Shown one piece after another: positions 1-11,700 of a stretch of 64,000 nucleotides of DNA. The notes under the pieces are model-generated. The model did no database searches and had not been told where the DNA came from. It worked only from the letters and a program-made list of their open reading frames with translations. The DNA is from Azolla caroliniana (Eukaryota > Plantae > Polypodiophyta). A program made the translations under genes and the position numbers. Position 1 is the first letter of the stretch; the number at the start of each line of letters is the position of its first letter. The stretch is from assembly GCA_043228905.1 (NCBI GenBank), contig JBHGNT010000006.1:19406001-19470000 (forward strand), written 5' to 3'.

Positions 1-368
1 TGTCACCTTTAACCTGCACCTATCCTTATCTTACCAAGGGCACCTAGTGCAAGCAAAATGTCTATCATTGTGTCCATCTCTCCTTCATTGTCATCACTTG
101 CTCATTATAGCTCAGATATTACCTTTAGCGCAGTTCAAACCCTTAAATCCTTAGTGATCAATTCTTGTCACGCATGTTATCTTCAATTGCTAACTTAAGA
201 TTCCTTTTATCACATGTCCTTTTAGTTATGTCTTTGATCAAACCCATAACCTTTCATAAACTTGGATTCCAACACTTTTCTCCCACTTTACACAACAATG
301 CACATAACTTTGTGACAATGGGTTCATAACACTACTACAAAACATTACAACATAAACTTTATTATACA

Positions 369-2609
369 TGTGATTTACATTTTGCCACCTTTTTAGCAAG
401 CCTTCATGCATGTATAAATGCATTAGTTGGTAGCCAAACCAAGCCAAATGGGCATTACCTATATCAACTATAAATTAAGAAGGAAGTAAGGAGCAAGACA
501 AACTAGTTTGGATCCTCTCTATGTGCATTTCATATACAGATGGGGAAGGGGGCTACAATCTCAATCGCTAGCTCACCGCCTCATTTATGCCCTCCCAACT
601 CCCTCCCGTGGCCTCGGAAGGTGATACCCCTATGCAGTCTGAGTTCCTGCAACCTCACGAGTGGCACCACACTTCCAAATGGAGGAACTCTTGCAAGTCC
701 TCTCCAACACCATGATTCTAATTAGCCACACGAATCAGGCTATGCTCTCCTTCCTCTTCGTCAACTCCGAACGGTCTCATGATTGGCCTGATTCCAAGGT
801 TCACCCAAAATCCTTCTTTAACCTTCCCTTGGAGGACGTATTAGCTTGGTTGGACCACTTCGAAATTATCTCTAGTTACTGTCATGATACAATGACTTGA
901 AATACATAGTTGGTGACAATTGAACTTGCAACCTCACATTAACAATACATCATACTCAACCATATTGATATGAACATTGTATAAGATATACTTGATCTAG
1001 GTATACTCTCTAGACATTTAGAAATTTCTAGAAAGTCCTAGGGTTCTAGAAGGTTCTAGAATATTATTCAAAATATTCTAATGCATGTACCTCAGCTCAC
1101 AATATAAATACTTGTAACCTCCTTGATCCCGGTCAAGGGATTCAACACTAGTCATATCTAGTCTTCTTGTTCCATTCAAAACAAAAATGGAGACAATATG
1201 GCATGGAACAAGAAGTCTACATTGATGTGTCAATGACTGGTGTTGAATCCCTTGATTGGGATCAAGGAGGTTACAAGTATTTATATTGTGAGTTGAGGTA
1301 CATGCAGTAGAATATTTGAAGAATATTTTGAAACCTTCTAGAACCCTGAGACTTTCCAAAACTTTCTAGATGTCTAGAGAGTATACCTAGATCAAGTACA
1401 ATCTTACACAATGATATGTAGATTAAATATATCTTATACAATGCTCATATCAAGATGGTTGAGCATGGTGTATTGTTGATGTGAGGTTGCAAGTTCAATC
1501 CTCATCAACAATATATTTTATGCCATTGTATTGTGATAGTTACCATCAATGGTTCGACGTGGGCAAAGCCTTGGAAGTTCGCACCCTCCTGGAGAACATC
1601 GCCACCACTTAGTTCGTGCAGCAAGCAAGCGAAGTGAAAGAGAACTAGACAATCCTCAAGGATCTCCTTGACATTCAAAACTTCACCCATCAAAATTCGA
1701 CACAGACGACGCTGCAATAATAAGCGCATGAACCAATGGGGAAATTTGTCCTTCAATTAAATCAACTCCTCGTTCATGCCGATCCTACTATGCCTAAGCA
1801 TGTCAAGCTTGTCTTCGTGTGGCCCCTGTCTACGCCATGACATCACCCTCCGCACCTAGGACCAAGGTCCCAAAACATTCAACAAGACCCTCAAGCAAAA
1901 GACCACCACTTACATCGATCCATTCCACGAAACCTGGGGACAAATCTTGTCATTCGCATCAACCAAGATCGGCCCCTTTCGGACACTACAAACGCGACCC
2001 TCGCCTCCCACTTGAGTCGTCCATCAATGTCCATTCTATACCCACCCACATGGATGGTGCCACTTGGGGGATCGATCTCCAATGGATGCGCCCACTATTA
2101 TGATGTGCCAACTCCTGAACTTGCAAGTCGAACAATAGTGCCAGAAGCGGCACTACAACATCCACGTCAAATTACCACGACTTATTCTAAGGGAAACAAA
2201 GTCCTAGTTTACTTCCTGGACCGGTGGCTCAACCTTAGCAAATCCCTCATGCACCGCTAGATCGGGTCGTTCACCATAGTTCACGCCATCAAATCCACTT
2301 CTTACTTGCTCCAACGTGACTCCAACACGAGTCACCTCCGCCCACATTGCTCGCATCTAGAGCTATGTTGTCCTGGGCCCATCTACTGGCACCCCTCCTT
2401 TAACCATGTCGTAAAACTCCTTGTTTCTCTCAAGGGGGAAATGTGGTGTACCTTTGTGCCACCTTTTTAGCAAGCCTTCATGCATGTTTGCATGCATTGG
2501 TTGGTAGCCAAACCAAAACCTGAATGCGTATGTTTGTATCAACTATAAATTAAGCAATAAGTAAGGAGCACGACAGATTAGTTTGGGTCCTCACTATTTG
2601 CATTTCACA
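369..2609 (+). mobile_element. Small, internally deleted Ty3/gypsy-like LTR element with ~167-bp LTRs (369-534, 2442-2609)
   Basis: Direct repeat (gccacctttttagcaagccttcatgcatg...gcatttca) at both ends, starting TG. Purine tract AAGGGGGAAA precedes the right copy. Gag-like EDVLAWLDHFE near 830-870 and an integrase C-terminal-like remnant (KVLVY...LMHR*IGSFTIV) near 2185-2310. Confidence 0.6.
908..1510. repeat. ~600-bp fold-back (long inverted repeat) with LTR-like ends
   Basis: 908-1175 is the imperfect reverse complement of 1204-1510 (e.g. aatataaatacttgtaacctccttgatccc / gggatcaaggaggttacaagtatttatatt). The right end is ...catcaaca. Confidence 0.8.
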
Positions 2610-2779
2610 ATATTGTGACACAAAATGTATTAATGAGATTTCACTATTTGTTTTGTCAAAACATTTTCCAACATACCATAATTTAAAAAAGTGATCCACT
2701 TTTGAGACAAAATAACACACGTGACACTATGTCTCTAAAAGTAAGACTCCTAAAAAAGTAGAAAACTAAAGCATAACAT

Positions 2780-3360
2780 ATCTTAGAGTACATGAAAATT
2801 TGTACATCCATTTTCAACATTAATGACCCGTCAAACTTGTCTCTTTCCATTGAAGAAATTGTCGGGAATAGAGTAGTGAAAGGGAAAGGAAGCATTATTG
2901 GGACTGAATAGTACATAGAGGCGTAACCTATTTAAATTGATTGCACACATTTGTGTTACAACGTACAACAACCCTACAATATATATGCCAACAATAAATA
3001 ATTGTGATTGTTGTAGAGCTTGATGCCACATATTCTTTAAGAACCTTTTTGTAATTGATTGATTAACAATGTTTACAATATTTATGTCATCTTCAAGCAT
3101 TAGGCTAGAAATATGTCAACATGAGCATTGTAGAGCCAACTTTTAGGAGCAAAATTTAGAATAGTATTACTAATCAACATAAAATCGAACCTCTTGTTTA
3201 AGACTCGGCCCCAGAACCTTAATGCTTGAATTTATCTACAATATTCACCAGTATATCATTGGGCCCACATATGTTGAAACATAATGTCATCAAGCTTTAA
3301 CATGTAATGCTTTGTTCGTGCACACTCCTTAAATTCAATATCCAATTGCTTGACATTCTA
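2780..3360 (-). pseudogene. Possible decayed Ulp1/C48 peptidase-like fragment of a DNA transposon
   Basis: Broken minus-strand frames give FAPKSWLYNAHVDIFL...AINLNRLRLY...ERDKFDGSLM, loosely in Ulp1 motif order. Many stops, and catalytic residues are not recognisable. Confidence 0.2.
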
Positions 3361-3767
3361 TAACTTGTATATTTAATATTTGGTTGCTTAATATTCTATA
3401 ACACGTATTAAATATTCAAAGTTAATCGTATTATGACCTTCATATCAACCATCAACAATGTTTCTGCATTTATGTAACAAATTCTTAAATGTTGCTTTAT
3501 GTAACAACAAATACTTTTAAATAGGCCAAATCATACAGGTGGAAAGGAGACCATTTAGTGACCTAATAGTTGTATACATTCGTGTGACAATATGTACCAT
3601 ATATAATTACAAAACATGATCTAAAACTTTTACGGCACCTTTCTGCCATGTACGATAATACCAGCAAACATATGATAACTTACAATTGATTTTTAGCTAT
3701 GACAACTAGATGTCCATGCCCATGAGGTTGTGTAATTAAGATTTGTGTAGTTGTCGGGGTGTGCCAC

Positions 3768-4157
3768 AAGGATTGTGACAATTATTTTACTTTTTGTATA
3801 GTTAGAAATGTAATGAAACCCCCAAGATTTCACAACATTAAAACTTATATTGGGCACTCAGTGCAATACTCATGAAATACTAATAAACTATTCATTATAA
3901 GCACATGACAACAAATATGCTACAACAGTTTCTTGGTGTTGCTATGTACATAAATTTATTGTTTCTTTTTCTCTTGGTATGATTGCTCTATTGTCCCACA
4001 AGTTTGTACCATTAAGAGGAGTGTATTTGTTGGAACTTGTATGAAGGATTGTGAGAATTATTTTACTCTTTGTATAGTTAGATATGTAATGAAACCCCAA
4101 ATATTTCATAACTTATTTTAGATACTTAGTGCAATACTTATTAATTACTAATAAACA
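3768..4157. repeat. Local direct duplication of ~120 bp (3768-3890 / 4043-4157)
   Basis: aaggattgtga.aattattttact.tttgtatagttaga.atgtaatgaaacccc occurs twice, about 275 bp apart. Confidence 0.65.
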
Positions 4158-4557
4158 TTAGAGTTTTTTTCCTTTGTTGCATTTTCTTTTTTTCTTTTTT
4201 TCTTTTATTTTCCAAAAAAATATTGCATTTTCTTTAATATCGCTACATGTTAGGAGTCTTGACTTTTCCATTTTTATATTTTCCGAGCTTGAACATTTTG
4301 AGGTCAATCTTACATTCTTTATCAAACCAAGCATTACGTGGGAAACTTCAAACCAAGCATTCAATGTCCACCTTAACATGTGCACATAGTATATGACACC
4401 CTAGTTGGAGAACAAAATCCTCCAATTCTTTGCCCCAGTTTTTTCATGTCTTTACTGAGGTATAGCGTCATGACATGACTCTCAACCTCATTTGCATATT
4501 AGCTTTTTTATAGCAAGGGCACGTAATCTACCTCTTTTTCTTTTGCACTTAAATACT

Positions 4558-5130
4558 GAAAGAGTGATGATAGAAATAAGACATAAAGAAGATATATAAA
4601 TCCAAAACAACAAAGATCTATTGATAATGAATGATCACACTACATGAATGGAAAAAACACTACAAGAAGTAGATTAAGAACAAATTCACGAACTTTCTAA
4701 CCCATATTTGCACTTTATATTTGGCTTCCAAATGAATGAGTTATGAGTGTTCGTTTTAGATTGTCTTTTGGTGGCCCACTTTTTTCTTCTTTTACTTTTC
4801 TCCATATTTCTTACTTTTTGTTTGACTTATCCTCAAGACCTTGGTTCATGTTCTTGCCCTCCGGATGTGAATTCTCCATACCTTATATTCTTGTAGTGTT
4901 GAATACATTGAATTCTAAAAAGACTTCAATATGAAAGTGTTTTTGGAATTCAAGGTATTGAACATTACAAGAATATAAGGTATGGAGCATTCACATCTCG
5001 AGGTCAAGAACATGAACCAAGGTCTTGAGGATAAGTCAAACTAAAAGCAAGACACGTGGAGAAAAGTAAAAGAAGAGAAAAGCGGGCCACCAAAACACAG
5101 TCTGAAACGAACGCTCATAACTCATTCGTA
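4558..5130. repeat. Head-to-head LTR copies forming a ~400-bp hairpin centred near 4930
   Basis: 4733-4925 is the reverse complement of 4935-5128. 4558-4640 is the reverse complement of the LTR end at 5780-5860. Confidence 0.8.
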
Positions 5131-5170
5131 TGAGTAAAAATACACCTAGAGCAAACCTCATGGTATGTAT

Positions 5171-6106
5171 GTGTGAAACTGTTTTTAGAATTCAAGGTAT
5201 TAAACACTACAAGAATAAAAGGTATGGAGCATTCACATCTGGAGGTCAAGAACATGAACCAAGGTCTTGAGGATAAGTCAAACTAAAAGCAAGAAACATG
5301 GAGAAAAGCAAAAGAAGAAAAAAGTGGGCCACGAAAATATAGTCTGAAACGAATGATCATAACGCTTTCGTTTGAAACCCAAATATAATGTGCAAATATT
5401 TGTTGGAAATCTTGTAAAGAGTGCTATCCGTAGCTTTTTAAATCTCTAAATTTGGAGCTTGGATGAGGGAGATATGATGATCCGAAGATCGTTGTGTCAT
5501 AGCTAAGAACAGGAAATGGAAAACTTCTAGAAAATGCGTAAAAAAGAAAGTAAGGGAAAGTTATCTAGTAGAGGAGACCTTCATATAAAGCAAGAAGAGT
5601 AAGGTGGTGGGGTGGGATGCTATTTCATGTGGTGTTTTCTTGCCCGTTTATGTAGTGTGGTTTAGATGTTATCAATATATCTTTGTAGACTTGGATTTAT
5701 GTAGATCTTCTTCTTTTTTTCTTTTTTTCTTTTTTTCTTTTTCAAAAATATGTAGATCTTCTTTCTCTCTTCCTTCCATCATGATCATTCATTATCAATA
5801 GATCTTTGTGGTTTTGGATCTATATATATTTTTTCTCTCTTCTTTCTATCATCATCCTTTCTTATTGGCGCTCCAGGGAGGGTCGATCTTTTCCGCATCT
5901 TGGGAAGATTGATTGTGTCATAGTATTACGTGGATATGGCTTTTCAATTTGCCTTTGCAGGTGATGGTGTTCAGGATGCGGGAGCTTTTTTGGCATCCTT
6001 CGAGCCTCATTCGGTTTCAATTGGGAAGGTGAATGACATAGAGAAACTTCCCTTGTTGGTGGCAACTTTCTACTCAAGAGCCCGGGAGTGGTATGAGTCC
6101 CTATCA
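5171..6106 (+). mobile_element. Ty3/gypsy 5' end: LTR (~5171-5862), PBS-like TGGCGCTCCAGGGAGGG and start of gag; truncated
   Basis: LTR starts TGTGAAAC and has a TATA near 5583. TGGCGC.. follows at 5866. Gag-like FLASFE...RAREWYESL in ORF 5930-6106. Confidence 0.65.
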
Positions 6107-8707
6107 ACTGGTTGGTGGCCAAGGGCTACGTGGAGAAACACGGTATTGATTATGACGAGACCTTTGTGTCGGTCGCGAAGATGATGACCATTCATGTTTT
6201 GCTAGTGGTAGCAGCGGCAAAGAGGTGGCATTTACATCAGATGGATGTAAAGAACACGTTCTTGCAAGGCGATCTTCAAGAACAAGTGTACATGGTACAG
6301 CCCCACGAATTCCTATCTGAACGAAACACATTGGCAATTTGTCAATTGAAGAAGTCGTTGTATGGACTTAAGCAAGCCCCACATGCTTGGAACATGAAGA
6401 TCACGCAACGATTGCATTGGATGGGGTTTGCTCCATCAAAATCAGACTCTTCCTTGTTCATTCGGATAAGTCGAACCAGACCAATTAGCATTATGTTATA
6501 TGTCGATGATCTAGTCATCATCGGCGCCTACCTCGGAGAAATAGGCTGAGTAAAGTCTTAGCTTTCGGCCGTCATTCGAAATGAAGGATCTAGGGGACCT
6601 TCATCACTTCCTCAGGATCGAATTGATCTGAACCCCCGAAGACATATTGATTAGCCAACGCCATTATGTGTTGAATATGCTCTTCAAGTTCGGGATGGAG
6701 GATTGTAAGTCCGTTTTAACCCCTTTGGACAAAGACATGAAGCTTCGCCAAAATTCGGGAATGGCATGCGACCCGACACGATTTCGATAAATTATCAGAA
6801 GCCTCATCTATTTGACAATCACTTGACCGGACCTCAGTTACCCAATCGGCTTGATCAGTCAATTCATGTCGCAGCCAAAGGCCGAACACCTTTAGTGCAT
6901 GCAAAGGATATTGTGATATGTACGCGGCACTAAGGAGAAGGCATTGTTGTATGGGCAGGAGTAGTCGAGGAGTTAGTCGGCCACACAGATGCCGATTGGG
7001 CCAAAAATGCCGGCAAATCGCAGGTCAACATCCAGATTCAAATTTTATTGGGAAGCGTCGTGATCGCCTGGAGTAGCAAAAAACAGCCGACAATGGCACT
7101 ATTGAGCATTGAGGCCGAGTATCGAGGGGCAGTTGTTGCTACATGCGACGCCATTTGGCCCAAAAGGCTATTGAAGGATCTACAAGTCGAGGTGTCTGAA
7201 CCAACAGTGATATACTACAACCACAACAACATCCAATTTGTGAAGAACCTCGTCTTCCACACTTGGACCAAGCACATCGAGGTGCACTATCATTTCGTCT
7301 GCGAGCGAGTCATCTCTAGTGAAGTCGAACTTGTGTATGTTCCAACTTATCGGTAGGTTGCTGATATCTTCATCAAACCTCGTGGCCTTGACAACTTGCG
7401 ACCTTTTTCAAGTATGCTTGGCTTACAACATCTCGACATGCCAAACTTGAGGGGGAGGAGTGAAGCCGAAAAGGAGAGAGACGAAGTTCGAAAAGCCGAA
7501 TCGGATGAAGAATTTGATTTCGGTACGACTGAAGAAGTCAGAATGTTCGTATCTGTTGGAGAAGCTGAGGACGCATGGACATGTGGAAGAAGATCGGCTA
7601 AATGAAGACTAGCCAGATGCAAGGGGGGCAGCTGAAAGAGAGAGCTAAAGCCCGAGCCAACTGAACCAAGGGCAGGTAGAGCCGAGAGAGGCGGTAGAGT
7701 CAAAAAGGACAAAGCCGACCAAGTGAAGGCTAGGACCAAGACATGGGGCAGATGTGGTGAAGGTCCTGAAGGAGGACGAATTGGAGACAACCGATTCAGT
7801 CGAGAAGTTTGATTCGAACGAACCGAATCACATGAAGGTTAGGCAAACGAGAAGGCAGTTGAAGCCGATGCCGAGATAGAGGACCTGACGGGTCAAGGGG
7901 CGCCAATATCGTGGCAGCAAGGGAGCTAAGAAGGGCCAAGGCAGGAGACAAGCCAATTGTAGAGGTCGAGGTGCGTGGGACCAGACAAGTCGAGGAGCGC
8001 TAGATCGGAGGGGTCATGGGACGTAGGACCGGACTAGACGAGGAGCGTGAGCGAGGCCTTGAGACGCTAGGAGAGGAGGTTGGAGTGACAAACCAGCCAA
8101 AGCTGACACGGTGGGACCTCAAGTTGAGCTTAAGGGGGGGTGTTGAGAGACAAGCTCAACATGGGTCGAATCAGCTGAAGAAGCCGAGAGCCAAATCAGT
8201 TGAAGACCGATCGACTAGGCCCGAATCGACTGAAGAAGCCGAGAACCGAATAGAGTTCGATTCGAGTGAGCCGAGTGAACACACCCATTGAGAATCTATG
8301 AGCACTCAAAGGTTAAGAGTCACACCACTCTCTACACATTAACTATGTGTCATAGAATCATATTCTATGACTTATAACTAATGAGTTCCATATTCCCCAT
8401 GACTAAAAAGTCTTCACATTCCTCAAGGTTCTAGAGAGAGTGGACATTGTAGTGAGTTAATGAAGAGAGAGGGTGACCTTATATAAAGCATCCTCCTCCT
8501 ACTTCATAGAATGTCGATTGTGACTCCTTGTAATGCTACATTTTTGTATGTCATATTCTCCTTGTGAATATACACCTTCTTGAGTATTCTATTTTCCATT
8601 CTATCTAATCTATCTTGTGTTTTTCTCTTCTCTCCTCTCTTTCCTCTCACACATACACATAGCACATATCTCTTCCGCTGCACAAGAATCATATCCGATT
8701 CTTTACA
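6107..8707 (+). mobile_element. 3' half of a decayed Ty1/copia element (RT, RNase H, long 3' UTR, PPT, LTR 8141-8707)
   Basis: QMDVKNTFLQG, KSLYGLKQAP, LYVDD, WSSKKQ and TKHIEVHYHF motifs with stops and frameshifts. PPT AAGGGGGGG precedes TGTTG at 8141. Confidence 0.9.
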
Positions 8708-11700
8708 TGGTGTCAGAGCAGTTTCGTAGCTCGATCTAGCCCATCCACGTGTGTTGTGTTCTACGTTGACGTTCAAGAAGAACCGGCTCATCGCTATCGT
8801 AGTGCAACTATTTAGCTCATGTTCGGGAGAGAAGGAAAAGTAGAAAGAAATATACATCGAGAATGAATACTCAAATGGGGAGCGCTCTCCCTAGTAAGTA
8901 AGTTGGACCGAAACAACTTTGCTTCTTGGGAGTACAAGATGCACCAATACCTTGTCGACCAAGGCTATTGGAGCTACATGAAAGGAGCATAAGAAAATCG
9001 ACCCGAACCAAAAGACAACAACTACTCAATGTGGGAGCAAGCGGCAAGCCGAGTGATGTATTGCTTGGCAACATGTGTTCATGATCACATGCTCGGCTAC
9101 ATTTGAGAAGCTGAGACGCCGAAGGAAGCGTGGGAGAATCTACGGAATATTTTCGCAGCCAACACAACCACAAGAAAGCTTCAACTCCACCAAGAGTTGA
9201 ATAATATCCAACAAAGGGATATGTCCATCACAAGCTACACCTTGAAGATCAAGGAGCTTTGTGACTCGCTCGGCTCAATAAGCATCAATGTGGACGATGA
9301 TGAGATGGTACAAATATGCCTTGGCGGCCTTGCACTATGGTTCGGCGTGATGAGGATTGTCATACTAGCATGAGAGAATCCTCCCTCTTTCTTCGATCTT
9401 CAATCCATGTTGGTGGTTGAAGAAAACCATGTTCAAACAAGGAGCAACGCCTCGGAAGGCCACATGCTCTACACACATTCGAACGAATGAAGAGGACAGG
9501 GTCGAGCAAGAGGCCGATTTGGCCAAGGACGAGGCGGACGAGGTCCGGCTCATGAAAACAACTCCCAATTTTGGCAATAAGACGGAAGTCATCGAGGAAC
9601 CTTCGGAAGAAGGGGGAGTTTCCATTCTGGTCCGAGCCGACAAAACTCGATTGAATGCAGATATTGTGGCAAAATCAACCACCATGAAGAAGAGTGCCAA
9701 AAGAAGATGCGTGAGTCGGCTTCCACTAGCCAACAACTCACCAATTACGTCACCAACTCCCACTATGACGATCATGGTGGATTGTTCGTGATGAGACATA
9801 GAGCAAATTCTATGTCAGCTTCTACTTCAACTAGTGCCTCCGGTCCGGAAGACATATGGTTCGTCGACTCCGGTGCCTCGAACCATATGACGTTGTTGTG
9901 AAGATCCATCACTACGTGCAGATTGTGAGGCGGAACCGCCGGGGTTTTGGACCGGAAGGATTCGAAGTTTTTGCCTAGCTTTAGCGAGAAAGTATTTAAG
10001 ATAGATTGAGAGAGATTGATATGATGAAAGAGAGATATTGAGTGAAAGATCGAACTTTTAACTTTTCAATTTAAGAGAGAAGATACATCAACAATAGGAT
10101 TACAAGTTTCTTATTTTTCCCAAATTTTTCATTAGTTCCATTTGCTTGATTCCTCCACTCTTTTATAGATGTCCCATGCATATGGGGCATGTGAGGGTGC
10201 AAGACATGCACGTAATGCATGAAATGCATGCTTGCCATGTCATCATCTAAGCTCTCATGTATGAGAATTTACATGTATAAGTATAATGATAAAAATATAG
10301 CTTCTAATAAAATGACTTGGCTCGCCGGCTCCATCCGATCAGCCAAAGCCTTTACAAGTAGTTAGGCCACACCCATTCATCCAATTAGTTTAGCTCAAGT
10401 CACCTTGAACATTCTATGATCCACTCATAGACACAAAGTAATAGAGTTTGGCCCTGCTTATATACTCAAGGATCCTTATTTGTTCTGTCTATATGGGATA
10501 TCTCGTAGTTTTGTTTTTTTCTCTTCTTCTTCGCAAACTTTATACCCACATAATTTGCCACATAGTTGTCCATTTCTTATGTGGTAAAGTGTATTCGAAA
10601 GCTCTTGAAGACCTCCATCTTTTTGTACCAAAATATTAAACTAGTATAAAATAGTATCTTCACTATTGTTGTTTTATGTTATGTGTTAAGAACCACACTC
10701 GATTTTGTACATTCCTCGCAATTTTCACACCGTTGCCGAAAATGTTCACGACAACATCTCATCAAGAATGGTTCCGAGAACTTCGAGAGCTGGATTGACC
10801 CGGTTATGTCGAAACCGGAGACAACACTACTTATCCGGTTCAGCATATCGGCAATGTTCCATTCGGCAAAGAAGGTAACGAAATTTATATTAAGAATGTC
10901 TTGCATGTACCAACCATCACAAAGAATTTGGTCTCCATCAGCGAAATTGTTGAGCAAGGGATGCAAGTTTGATTTAACCAAGGTGGTTGCTTCATCGAAA
11001 AAGAGGGTCGACGCATCACTCGCGGACGAAGAGAGGGCCAAATGTTCATTCTCGACTCGCACGAGATGAAATCGACCATGTTTGCAAAAGGCGCCAAAGC
11101 CGAAACCGACATAGAGTTGTGGCACAAGTAGATTGACCACATGAACCTCCAAAAGTTGAAGGCATTGCAATTGAAAGGAGTCGTCATCAGACTCCCTACC
11201 TTCAAAGAGAAAGAGATTGAAGGCATATGTGCATCATGCCAATTTGGCAAGCAACATCTTCACCCATTTTCCGAAGGAGAGGAACATGAGCAAAGGCGTA
11301 CTCGACGTGATTTGTTCCGATGTATGGGGACCATCTCAAACGGCTACATTTGGCGGATGCGGATACTACGTGGCGTTCATCGACGACTTCTCCATGCACA
11401 CCTAGATCTTCCCTATGCGGCAAATGAGCAAAGTGTTTAAACACTTCCAAAAATTCAAGAGTGGAGTCGGAAAGGAATCCGGTCGACATGTATGATGTCT
11501 TCGGTCGGATGGAGGAAAAGAGTACTTCTCCGACGAATTTTCGTCTTTTCTTCGGAAAGAAGGAATTCGGCGAGAGTTTTCGTGTCGACATACGCCACAA
11601 CAAAACGGAGTAGTCGAACGAAAGAATCAACACATCCTCTAAGTAGCACGGACCATGCTTAACGAGAAGCACATGCCAAAGTCGTACTGGGCAGAAGCTG

